Below, piece after piece: positions 25,532-33,669 of a stretch of DNA of 35,805 bases (within the stretch, counting starts at the first letter, position 1; each line of letters starts with the position of its first letter). The notes under the pieces were generated by a model. That model saw only the letters and a list, made by a program, of their open reading frames with translations, was not told the DNA's origin and ran no database searches. Made by a program: the position numbers and the translations under genes. The stretch lies in the UHGV virus genome UHGV-0193058, one strand, 5' to 3'. The stretch is from a virus.

Positions 25532-25645
25532 AAAGTCCAGTATTAGAACATATCTTTTTTATAAAAATATAAATCCCAATACTGGAACCAAAGAAAAAAA
25601 GAATTTGAATTAATAGAACAATTAGAAATTTACATCATAAAAAGG

Positions 25646-25678
25646 CCGTAGGGTTAGGATTTTGACCCTGCGATTTTT
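25646..25678 (+). terminator. intrinsic terminator after helicase gene
   Basis: CGTAGGGT taggattttg ACCCTGCG followed by ATTTTTT. Confidence 0.6.
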
Positions 25679-25888
25679 TGTGTAAGAGAATTCAATATTT
25701 TTGAATTGGAATTATTTCCTAGAGGTAAATTTTGTTAAAAAGTACTATTGTTGCAGTATAAATGTTTAATTATAACAAAGAACCGTACATATGTTCTTGT
25801 AATATTGAACAAGAGGGAGTATAATATTATTTAGAAAATACATTTAAACTATTTGATTTATTACTTTTTAGGGGGGGAGTGGATTTAT

Positions 25889-26025
25889 TTGTTAGAAGAA
25901 GAAAAAGATATTGAAGATGAGTTGATAGAAGAAATAGTTACAATTATTAAAAAACTTGATTTAAATAAAGATAGAAGAACTTTATTGATGATAAAGTGGT
26001 ACATATTAGGAATGTTGAAATAAAA
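25889..26025 (+). CDS. small acidic protein (44 aa), TTG start
   Basis: SD GGGGGGGAGTGG 6 nt before the TTG. It is convergent with the repressor gene and shares the 26021-26053 hairpin. Confidence 0.35.
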
Positions 26026-26053
26026 AAAGAAGAATAGCGATTGCTATTCTTCT
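26021..26053 (-). terminator. terminator for XRE repressor gene (11-bp stem AGAAGAATAGC/GCTATTCTTCT)
   Basis: The hairpin is followed on the minus strand by TTTTTTTA. It overlaps the repressor stop codon. Confidence 0.7.
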
Positions 26054-26434
26054 ATTTCTAGTAAAGAATCAAGCATATTATTAAATAAGGCTAAATATTT
26101 TTTATTTAGTTTAAACATCTTTAATATTAATTCTCTTTCTAATTCATTTTCTGTCTTACTTAACTTCCCAATTAATTGAGCAAATTCTTTATCTGTATCT
26201 TTTGCGCAAAACATATTCCCTATTCCATTCGCTAGCCAATCATATGAAACACTCCAAGCGTCACAAATGTCTTTCAGTGTTCTATTGCTTGCATTTCTTT
26301 TACCATTCTCGATAAGTGATATTGTATTTCTTTTCAGTTTTAATCTTTCAGCAAAATCTTCTTGACTTAATTGCAACTCAATTCTTAATTCCCTTATGCG
26401 TTTGCTTTGAGGGCTTATATTATTCATGTCCATT
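26044..26434 (-). CDS. XRE-family HTH repressor (cI-like)
   Basis: Start moved to MDMNNISPQSK... (SD GGAGGT at 26441-26445). HTH segment IRELRIELQLSQEDFAERLKLKRNTISLIENGKRNAS, with a small C-terminal domain. The N-terminal 21 aa of the track ORF overlap the IS right end. Confidence 0.75.
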
Positions 26435-26449
26435 TTATACCTCCATATT

Positions 26450-26620
26450 GACACACTCCCCATAGCTAAAGCAAGGGGATTCTCGGTGGCTAACACACTT
26501 ATTTATACTTAAACAGTACAACAGAGGTGGTTACAAAGCCAAGCTACTTCGGACGGTGTCTTCGCCACTACTACCTTAAAGTTATTCGCCCACACATGGC
26601 TCAAACGGTAGATACTTTTA
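26450..26620 (-). ncRNA. putative omega-RNA (right-end RNA) scaffold of TnpB
   Basis: A ~150-nt segment immediately 3' of tnpB on the minus strand is markedly more GC-rich and structured than the surrounding DNA (...GGCGAAGACACCGTCCGAAGTAGCTTGGC..., CCCCTTGCTTTAGCTATGGGGG). This is the expected location for the TnpB guide RNA. Confidence 0.45.
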
Positions 26621-27764
26621 AATTTATTGGTTGCTTATGATTTATTCTAAAATCTACTAAACCATATTTATGCTTTTTATTTAAAATATTCCAAGCACCA
26701 ACTATATCTCTATGAGTTTCATAACCACAAGTACAACTATAAGTTCTACCAGTTGGTTTGTGTTTTTTAGAACACTTTGGGCAAGTTTGAGAAGTGTAGT
26801 TTTCTTTAACTAACTTAACTTCAATACCTTGCTCTTTTGCTTTATATTTTATATAGTCCTTTATTCGACCATACTCCATTTGAGATATTTTCTGTCTATT
26901 AACTCTGTTTAATCTTTTCTTTTTCTTAGTATCTTTTTCAACCCCTTTTATATCCCCAAGAACTATTTCACATACCTTCTGCTCTACACAAAAGTCTATA
27001 AACTTTCTAGTTGTTTGATGATATAAATTCATTAACTGATTATCTGTTTTACTTCTTATCTTATTTTTTAATCTCCATAACTTCTTTGATTGTCTACTAC
27101 CTTTTTTACATTTACTTAATCTTTTAGATATATAAGCATACATCTTATTTCTAAATTGTTTAATACTTCTGCCTTCTCTATTAGATAGAATAAGCCCTAC
27201 ACCTTCATTTGTTACACTAGCTATCGAATGTATTTCCCCTAAGTCTACACCTACGGTATTAGTGCCTTTGGCTACAACTCCATTTAATTCATTGTCAAAA
27301 GTGTAGTATAAATAATATCCATTTCGCCATACTATTTCAGCAGTTTTTATATTCTCAACATTAAAATCTAATTCTAAATACCTGCCTTTTGACATTGATA
27401 ATTTTAAGTTGCCTTTAGCATTTCTATTAATAGCACTAGCTTTAAAAGGTATTATATAAAATTTCTTAGTCTTGTATGGATATTTTGCTTTAGTATTACC
27501 TTTTTTTCTTAATTCTGATATAGTCTTTCTATTTGCATCAAATTTATCTGATATAGCTTGAATAGTTTGACTATGAAGATTGTACTTACCTTTGATTAAC
27601 TTTTGTATATCATTCTTTTTAATCCATTGTTTATGTTCAAAATAGTATTCTTTAGATAAGTTAACTATGTAGTTCCAACAGTTAGCACTTTCCATTTGCT
27701 TTTCCCTTACTAATTCAAATTGTGTTCTAGTTAGGTTTAATTTCACTCTATGAGTTTTTATCAT
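26601..27764 (-). CDS. tnpB: TnpB (OrfB) RNA-guided endonuclease-family protein
   Basis: 387 aa. The C-terminal zinc finger CPKCSKKHKPTGRTYSCTCGYETHRD and the RuvC-like region (VGVDLGEIH...) are typical of IS605 OrfB. Confidence 0.85.
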   Translation of the reverse strand: MIKTHRVKLNLTRTQFELVREKQMESANCWNYIVNLSKEYYFEHKQWIKKNDIQKLIKGKYNLHSQTIQAISDKFDANRKTISELRKKGNTKAKYPYKTKKFYIIPFKASAINRNAKGNLKLSMSKGRYLELDFNVENIKTAEIVWRNGYYLYYTFDNELNGVVAKGTNTVGVDLGEIHSIASVTNEGVGLILSNREGRSIKQFRNKMYAYISKRLSKCKKGSRQSKKLWRLKNKIRSKTDNQLMNLYHQTTRKFIDFCVEQKVCEIVLGDIKGVEKDTKKKKRLNRVNRQKISQMEYGRIKDYIKYKAKEQGIEVKLVKENYTSQTCPKCSKKHKPTGRTYSCTCGYETHRDIVGAWNILNKKHKYGLVDFRINHKQPINLKVSTV

Positions 27765-28171
27765 TTCTTTGTCCTAACTTGTTGATTTTCTATATATTGT
27801 TTAACTACTTCTAAACTCACAGAACCAACAGTACCTACAAAATAGCTATTAGTCCACATGCTAGGCATACTAGACTTTAAATGTGGAAAGTTCTCTCTTA
27901 ATACTCTCGAACTAAAGCCTTTTAAACCTTTTACTACTTTATGAATTCCATATTGAGGGTCACAAGATATTAATAAGTGCACATGTTCTTTATCAGTTTC
28001 CATTTCTATTATTTCTGCTCCAAGTTCATCTGCTTTATATGGTAGTATTTCTTTTAACATCTTTTCAACTTCGCCAACTAAAACAGGTTTACGATACTTA
28101 GGGCAAAATACAATATGATATTTGCAATCATAAACTATATTTTTGTTAGATTTATACATAAAAACTAACAC
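27761..28171 (-). CDS. tnpA: IS200-like Y1 (HUH) transposase TnpA
   Basis: 136 aa with the HUH motif EHVHLLIS and catalytic Tyr context WTNSYFVGTVG. SD AGGAGGTG. Confidence 0.85.
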   Translation of the reverse strand: MLVFMYKSNKNIVYDCKYHIVFCPKYRKPVLVGEVEKMLKEILPYKADELGAEIIEMETDKEHVHLLISCDPQYGIHKVVKGLKGFSSRVLRENFPHLKSSMPSMWTNSYFVGTVGSVSLEVVKQYIENQQVRTKK

Positions 28172-28298
28172 CTCCTAAATATAGGGTATCAGTAGCGGTA
28201 TTAGATTACAAGCATTATTCTAACTTTTTTTATATTAAGACCTTACCTTTCATCCCTACACCTAAAGGAGAGGGCTTTTCGGCAATTTTATTGTAATA

Positions 28299-28390
28299 AT
28301 TATAAACTAAATATGCTTACAAGTCAACAAGAAATAAGATGGAAAAAAACTTACATTATGGTTGACTTGTAAGCAAAAATATTATATACT
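28299..28390. promoter_or_regulatory. divergent consensus promoters with a 13-bp inverted-repeat operator (genetic-switch-like)
   Basis: Leftward promoter TTGACT(28327-28322)-17-TATAAT(28304-28299) and rightward promoter TTGACT(28362-28367)-17-TATACT(28385-28390). The inverted repeat CTTACAAGTCAAC (28316-28328) / GTTGACTTGTAAG (28361-28373) spans both -35 boxes. Confidence 0.6.
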
Positions 28391-28424
28391 TGCATTACAG
28401 GTCAACATAAGAGAGGTGGGCAAG

Positions 28425-28562
28425 ATGCAAGATATTAATAATTTAAGAAAAAGTATTTTAGAAAAAGTTAGTGTGCTTAATGAGAATAAACTTAAAATTG
28501 CAATTTTGAAACTTGACACGCTATATGAAGCGCAAGAGATTGAAGAAAGAGAAATTAAATAA
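28425..28562 (+). CDS. small early protein (45 aa)
   Basis: ATG 28425 (MQDINNLRK...) with SD AGAGAGGTGGG, first gene of the rightward early transcript. Confidence 0.45.
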   Translation: MQDINNLRKSILEKVSVLNENKLKIAILKLDTLYEAQEIEEREIK

Positions 28563-28626
28563 AAAGTGTACTTGACGGCTACACTAAAAAATCTAATTTA
28601 AAAAAACTAAAGGAAAAGGTGAGCTT

Positions 28627-29061
28627 ATGTATATTGAAAATATAGAAGAATTAAAAGAGTTAATTGAGCTTTTTGGAGTTGTAGAAGCGAAGAGTGAAAA
28701 CGTAGTTGCGTTTGAAGAAGTTGAAAGTTTAGACTCTTTCACAGAAGAAAATGCAAAGAAAGCATTAGATATATTAAATAAGCATAAACAAGAGAATAAA
28801 AAAAGATATAGAGATTTCTTTGAATTGAAAGAATGGATTAACGGAGATGAAGAACGAAAGCAAATATTTGCGGATATTGCTATTTGTGAAAGATGTAATA
28901 AAATAGTTGCTAATTCTGCAATGTTAACCTCGTTTCCTATCTTAGCAAAATATGATGAGAATCGAAGTGTTTTTGAACAGTTGGAAACTGTTGCTATATG
29001 CCCAGACTGCTTGATGTTTATAACTAGAGTATATGAGTCGTTATTTGATTTCGAAGGTTAG
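28627..29061 (+). CDS. hypothetical early protein with C-terminal CxxC...CPDC zinc-binding motif
   Basis: 144 aa with SD AAAGGTGAG. Motifs ICERCNKIV and AICPDCLMF. Confidence 0.5.
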   Translation: MYIENIEELKELIELFGVVEAKSENVVAFEEVESLDSFTEENAKKALDILNKHKQENKKRYRDFFELKEWINGDEERKQIFADIAICERCNKIVANSAMLTSFPILAKYDENRSVFEQLETVAICPDCLMFITRVYESLFDFEG

Positions 29062-29158
29062 AAACAAAAAGTAACAATGTTAGTCGTCAAGTGTGTTTTT
29101 AATAGCATTAAATTAGTTAAAATAAGTATCTTAACATATGTAACAAGGAGTAAAACAA

Positions 29159-29320
29159 ATGAAGAAGATTTCAGAAATGAGTATATTGGAAAAGGCTGAT
29201 TTTATTAGAAATAGACAACTAGAATTGAAAAAGAAATATCAAAACAAGGCTAAAGGAGAATTGTTTAATATGGCTTGTAGAGAGTTAGAAGAAAAAGAAA
29301 AGTGCGAAGGGGTGTTTTGA
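29159..29320 (+). CDS. small hypothetical protein (53 aa)
   Basis: SD AAGGAG 8 nt upstream. Ends 1 nt before the next gene. Confidence 0.35.
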   Translation: MKKISEMSILEKADFIRNRQLELKKKYQNKAKGELFNMACRELEEKEKCEGVF

Positions 29321-29321
29321 T

Positions 29322-29666
29322 ATGTTGGGTTATAAGCTTGTAAGAACTGAAGAATTGTTAAAGCTTAGAAAAGACTTAGAGATAAAAGAAGAAGAATTAA
29401 AAAGAAACCTTGAAGAACTATCTGAACAACATTTATCTAAAGCAAGTTTGTATATGAATCTAGGAATGACTATAACAGAAAATGAATTTTATAATTCAAT
29501 AATCGAGAAATTGTTTGATAAAGATTTTAGAAAAGCTATCAGCATTTTTAACAAAACTAAAAGTATTCGGATAAAGAATAAAAAAGCAACTGAAATATTA
29601 CTTAGAATTGATAGAGAAGAAAAAATAAAGGAATTTCCTTGTAGAAATAAAAGAAGGAAGTGTTAG
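29322..29666 (+). CDS. hypothetical coiled-coil protein
   Basis: 114 aa, translationally coupled within the early operon. Confidence 0.45.
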   Translation: MLGYKLVRTEELLKLRKDLEIKEEELKRNLEELSEQHLSKASLYMNLGMTITENEFYNSIIEKLFDKDFRKAISIFNKTKSIRIKNKKATEILLRIDREEKIKEFPCRNKRRKC

Positions 29667-29668
29667 AA

Positions 29669-30064
29669 ATGAATAATGTTTGTTTAGTTGGAAGATTAAC
29701 AAAAGACCCCGAATTTAAATATATTCCAAAATCGGGTACGCCAGTAGCAACTTTTACAATTGCTATAGATAGAGACTATGTAAATAAAGAAGGACAAAAA
29801 GAGACTGATTTTATACCAGTTGAAGTAATGGGGAAATCTGCGGAATACTGTGCGAGTTACATAACAAAAGGTCGATTAGTCGCTTTGAAAGGTGAAATAA
29901 GAGTTGATTCATATACAGATAAGAAAACTGAAGAAAAAAGGATATTTACGAAAGTTCATACAAAGATGGTAACGTCTTTAGAAAGTAGTAAAAATAATAA
30001 AGAAAATAAGGAAGAAACTCCGAATTTACAAGCTATATACGACGACCCCGATATACCGTTTTAG
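29669..30064 (+). CDS. ssb: single-stranded DNA-binding protein
   Basis: ATG 29669 (MNNVCLVGRLTKDPE...) 8 nt after GAAGGAAG. OB-fold SSB signature, with an acidic C-terminal tail ending DDPDIPF. Confidence 0.85.
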   Translation: MNNVCLVGRLTKDPEFKYIPKSGTPVATFTIAIDRDYVNKEGQKETDFIPVEVMGKSAEYCASYITKGRLVALKGEIRVDSYTDKKTEEKRIFTKVHTKMVTSLESSKNNKENKEETPNLQAIYDDPDIPF

Positions 30065-30121
30065 CAGCTGAAAGAAACAGAGAAAAAGCTCCGTTTTGGA
30101 ATTAAAAAAGGATGTGGGAAA

Positions 30122-30268
30122 ATGACTAGAAAAGGAAAAGTATTAAAAATTTGTGGTTGGTGCGGAAAAACATTTCTTTCTGATAATGATGGTAAAATTG
30201 CATATTGTTCTAAGAAATGTAAGAAAAAAAGAGAAAAAAATTTAGAAACAGAAGGGGCAAAAAAATGA
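30122..30268 (+). CDS. small zinc-ribbon protein (48 aa)
   Basis: CGWCG...CSKKC four-Cys motif with a lysine-rich C-terminus. Confidence 0.35.
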   Translation: MTRKGKVLKICGWCGKTFLSDNDGKIAYCSKKCKKKREKNLETEGAKK

Positions 30269-30377
30269 AAGAGTATAAAATTGAAATTGAAGAAACAATA
30301 TTTTTAAAACATAAAGTTATTGTTGAAGTTCTGGAGTGAAAAAAAGCTGTAAGAAAATAAAATAAGGAGAAAAAAGA

Positions 30378-30647
30378 ATGGAAAATATTTTTTGGTGGAG
30401 TTTTATGGATTTAGAAGAAGCGGAAAAAGTTGTTACAGAAGAAAGTATAAAAGACTTAGAAAATGCTATAAATGAAATTGAGAATGAAGCGGAAGAAGTT
30501 AAAATTTTAATTATTAAGAAAAATGGCGATGAAAAATATATTAATTTCAAACACGATGGATATATGAAAGACGTTATAAAAGATAGAATAGTTCAATGTT
30601 TTGAAGAAATAAAAATAATGCATGAAACAATTTTAGAAGAAATATAA
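30378..30647 (+). CDS. hypothetical acidic protein
   Basis: 89 aa, SD AAGGAG. Confidence 0.45.
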   Translation: MENIFWWSFMDLEEAEKVVTEESIKDLENAINEIENEAEEVKILIIKKNGDEKYINFKHDGYMKDVIKDRIVQCFEEIKIMHETILEEI

Positions 30648-30665
30648 AAAGGGAGAAAATAAAAG

Positions 30666-30926
30666 ATGAATTTTAAAATGATTGCTAATGTGCCGGAGAG
30701 CTGGACAGTTCAAAAACAATTTGAAAAGATATTGGAAGAAATTTTAGAACTTAAAGAAGCTATTGCGTTAGATGATAATAAGAAAATATTAGAAGAAGGT
30801 TTAGATGTTTTTCAAGCAATTCTCACTTTATTTAAAATAATTGGTATACATAACATAAGCGAAGGGTTGAAAGAGCATAACAAAAAACTTAGAAGAAGGA
30901 AATGGAAGCTAGAAAAAATAGATTAA
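30666..30926 (+). CDS. possible MazG-like nucleotide pyrophosphohydrolase (small)
   Basis: 86 aa with the ExxEExxE...EEGLD spacing seen in MazG/NTP-PPase helices. SD AAGGGAG. The family assignment is tentative. Confidence 0.35.
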   Translation: MNFKMIANVPESWTVQKQFEKILEEILELKEAIALDDNKKILEEGLDVFQAILTLFKIIGIHNISEGLKEHNKKLRRRKWKLEKID

Positions 30927-31096
30927 AGTTAAAGGTATGAATAAGTGGCATTTACTTTAATTATTAAATAGATAAGATAGAAATAATTTATATTAATAGA
31001 TTTTATTTGAACTTAAAAAAATGAAGTCTTATAACAAAAAAACAAAATAAAAATCCAGAATATTTTGAATAATATGCAGTAGTTGGAAATGCTACA

Positions 31097-31146
31097 AAAT
31101 ACCTAACTAGTCCCAAAAGCTAAATTTAAGGATTAGTTAGGTATTT
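31097..31146. promoter_or_regulatory. 13-bp perfect inverted repeat AAATACCTAACTA / TAGTTAGGTATTT (24-nt spacer) upstream of ArpU genes
   Basis: Read directly from the sequence. It lies 30 nt upstream of the first late-regulator gene. Confidence 0.5.
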
Positions 31147-31173
31147 ATAACAAAAAGTGTAAGAGGTGCAAAA

Positions 31174-31635
31174 ATGAAAATAAAAAAAGAGTATATTGAC
31201 AAAGTTGAAAATATATTAAAAATGTTAGGAGATGAATATAGAAAGTTAAGAGTATTAAAAAAAGAAATAGCAATTCTTAAACACAAAGAAAACTATAGAG
31301 AAATTAATTATGAAGAATTGGGGTTTAAAGTGCAAAAAAGTGTAAAAAGTATAGATGACATGGTTATAACAATAGAGGATGTTATCTACAACAAAGAAAC
31401 TGAAATTGAAATTATAGAGCGAAAGCTAGAGTTTTATAATATTTACTTAAAAGAATTATCAGAGCTTGAACAGAAGATGATAGAATTAATATATTTTTAT
31501 AATTGGGATGAAAAACTACCTATCACAAAAATAGCTTATGAATTAAATTATGATAGAAGTAGTCTTTATAACAAAAAAGCTATTGCTATTAATAAAATAG
31601 CTTTAATGATATATGGTGATGAAGCTTTGGAGTAA
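31174..31635 (+). CDS. ArpU-family (sigma-70 region-4-like) phage late transcriptional regulator, copy 1
   Basis: 153 aa. EYIDKVENILKML..., the central SIDDMVITIEDVIYNKETEIEIIERKLEFYNIY, and a C-terminal HTH are typical of ArpU/late-gene activators. Confidence 0.65.
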   Translation: MKIKKEYIDKVENILKMLGDEYRKLRVLKKEIAILKHKENYREINYEELGFKVQKSVKSIDDMVITIEDVIYNKETEIEIIERKLEFYNIYLKELSELEQKMIELIYFYNWDEKLPITKIAYELNYDRSSLYNKKAIAINKIALMIYGDEALE

Positions 31636-31736
31636 ACATTATTTTTACAGAAAAAAGACTATTTTTATACTTCGTTTCTAAAGAAAGTATGTTAGATAGG
31701 CTTTTTTATTGCTAAAAAAGGAAGAGGGTGAGTTGA

Positions 31737-32204
31737 TTGGTTGAATTGAAAAAAGAGTACATTGATGAAGTTATAAAACTTTTAGATGAAGTTAGAGAAC
31801 TTAGAGTAAGAAAAGAAGTTTTAAATGATGAAATAGAATTTCTTAAAAAGAATGAAAAGCTTAGTAGTATTAATTTTAATGAACTTGGTTTTCCAGTGCG
31901 CTCCGGAAGTTATAGTATAGATGATATGATTATAAATTCACAGGAGAAAATTTATATAAAAGAGACTGAAATTGAAATTATAGATAGTAGAATAGAAATG
32001 ATTAATATTTACACGAAAAGATTGAGCGAAGAAGAACAGGAGATTATAAGTCTTAGACATTTTGACTCAAAAATAAATTCCTACGGGGAAATTTCTGAAT
32101 TATTAATGATTTCTAAAACGGTCGTTCAGAGGAAATATACGGACGCTTTGAGGAAAATTGTATTGATGAAGTATGGAGAAAAAGCGAAAAAAGATAGGGA
32201 ATAA
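31737..32204 (+). CDS. ArpU-family late regulator, copy 2 (paralogue)
   Basis: 155 aa, TTG start after AAAGGAAGAGGGTGAG. It aligns with copy 1 along its whole length (EYIDEVIKLL..., SIDDMIINSQEKIYIKETEIEIIDSRIEMINIY). Confidence 0.65.
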   Translation: MVELKKEYIDEVIKLLDEVRELRVRKEVLNDEIEFLKKNEKLSSINFNELGFPVRSGSYSIDDMIINSQEKIYIKETEIEIIDSRIEMINIYTKRLSEEEQEIISLRHFDSKINSYGEISELLMISKTVVQRKYTDALRKIVLMKYGEKAKKDRE

Positions 32205-32245
32205 AAAGGACTAAAAAAGGTCAACACAAAACTTTTGTTACATGT

Positions 32246-32319
32246 TATAATTGTATTGTGGAAAATTAAATATGTTTCTACTTCAAAAGCTTGTGAGAAA
32301 AAACTCATGAGCTTTTTTT
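32246..32319 (+). ncRNA. promoter-terminator mini-transcript / attenuator upstream of recombinase
   Basis: Extended -10 TGTTATAAT (32246-32254), then about 35 nt, then a 9-bp stem GCTTGTGAG aaaaaa CTCATGAGC (32289-32312) followed by TTTTTTT. Confidence 0.45.
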
Positions 32320-32391
32320 ATTCTCTTTTGAAAGGGGGTATTTTGATTAGGAGTAAAAAGAGCATCGAAGCCTATCAGGCGTACACAAGAA

Positions 32392-32952
32392 GTGCTAGAT
32401 ATTCAAGAATATCTAAGATATAAAAGTTATAGAAACTATGTGATTTTTATGCTAGGGATAACAACAGGATATAGAGCAGGAGATTTAGTTAAACTAAAAG
32501 TTAGAGACGTAAGGGAAGCTTTAAAAAGACAAGAATTTACTATTATGGAAGGTAAAAAAGCTAATAGTAAAAACATTAGGGAAAAGAACAGAAAACCTCG
32601 TACAGTAGAAATAAGACCTAGGATTGCGCAAATTTTAAAGAAATATATAAAAGATAAGCATGACTATGAATACATGTTTCCATCGAGAAAAAGAAAATAT
32701 CCTCACATTGGTGTTGAAGCTGTTAGCAAAGCTTTAAAAGAAGCAGGAGAATATTTTGGTTTATATGATATAACAGCACATAGCATGAGGAAAACTTATG
32801 CTTATAAAATTTATATTGATAGCGAAAAAGATATTGTTGCAGTTAAAGAATTGTTGGGTCACTCTTCGATAGAAGAAACAAAAATGTATTTAGGTTTAGA
32901 TAAAGAATTGTATCATCATTACAGTGAGTCATTAGACGACTTTGTAAGGTGA
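32392..32952 (+). CDS. short tyrosine recombinase (catalytic domain only)
   Basis: Box I Arg in TGYRAGDL, HxxR in AHSMRKTYAY, and C-terminal LGHSSIEETKMYLG (His and the Tyr nucleophile). GTG start with no SD. No N-terminal core-binding domain. Confidence 0.7.
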   Translation: MLDIQEYLRYKSYRNYVIFMLGITTGYRAGDLVKLKVRDVREALKRQEFTIMEGKKANSKNIREKNRKPRTVEIRPRIAQILKKYIKDKHDYEYMFPSRKRKYPHIGVEAVSKALKEAGEYFGLYDITAHSMRKTYAYKIYIDSEKDIVAVKELLGHSSIEETKMYLGLDKELYHHYSESLDDFVR

Positions 32953-33148
32953 TATTTTTTTATTTGTCTGTTTGAATGTCTAAAAATTTGGTGTAGTGAT
33001 ATTCAAGGTATCAAAATCACTATATAAGAAGTAAGAAAAAAATAGATTGAATGTCTGGTTCTCTAAGAAAATAAGACGTTCAAATGAAGAAATACGAACT
33101 ATATTTAATTAGTTTTTAATAATGTTCGTATAGAAAAAGAGGTGTTTT

Positions 33149-33364
33149 ATGAAGAAAATAGAGTTGGATGATAAAGAGATTAAACTGATTATTTCAGTAT
33201 TAGATTTAAAAGTTTCTCGCAACTTAGGCAAAGCTTATAAAAACTTCCCATATGCTTTTGATGAAAAAGAAGAGTATAAGAGGGATGTGGCAACTATGGA
33301 GCTTTTGATTGATAAGTTTTTAAGTAAGCTTAATGAGGTAGAGTGTGAGGGAGTGCTTATATAA
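33149..33364 (+). CDS. hypothetical protein
   Basis: 71 aa, SD AAGAGGTG. Confidence 0.45.
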   Translation: MKKIELDDKEIKLIISVLDLKVSRNLGKAYKNFPYAFDEKEEYKRDVATMELLIDKFLSKLNEVECEGVLI

Positions 33365-33657
33365 TGGCTAGAGAGTTTAGTCGAAGCTTTTATAATAGCA
33401 AAGCTTGGAAGGAGTGTAGGCAATCAATTATTAAGAAATATCTAGGCTTGTGTGCTGAGTGTGGGAAGCTAGGAGAAGAAGTGCATCATATAAAATATTT
33501 AACTCCTGCTAATATACATGATGTTGAGATAACTTTAGGTGAGGAGAATTTAATATTGCTATGTAAAGACTGTCATAGTAAAAAACATAAGAGTAAGAAA
33601 GACATTACTAGAACAGGGTTAAAATTTAATGAAAAAGGGGAATTGATTTCGATTTAG
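33364..33657 (+). CDS. HNH endonuclease
   Basis: CAECG...VHHIKY...CKDCHSKKH is the CxxC-HH-CxxCH HNH motif. It sits in the canonical place before terS/terL in cos-type phages. Confidence 0.8.
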   Translation: MAREFSRSFYNSKAWKECRQSIIKKYLGLCAECGKLGEEVHHIKYLTPANIHDVEITLGEENLILLCKDCHSKKHKSKKDITRTGLKFNEKGELISI

Positions 33658-33669
33658 AAAAAAATAGTA

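Larger units (their letters stand above)
26450..28290 (-). mobile_element. IS200/IS605-family insertion sequence (tnpA plus tnpB). The ends are approximate
   Basis: Contains a Y1 transposase gene and a TnpB gene overlapping by 4 nt, a structured GC-richer right end just past the tnpB stop, and a left-end region with an RBS upstream of tnpA. Confidence 0.7.

Noticed and set aside
32235-32423. 62-aa ORF upstream of the recombinase, considered as a frameshifted integrase N-terminus
   Set aside because: It contains an extended -10 promoter and an intrinsic terminator internally, and no SD. The translation does not resemble a recombinase core-binding domain convincingly. It was kept only as a possibility to test.
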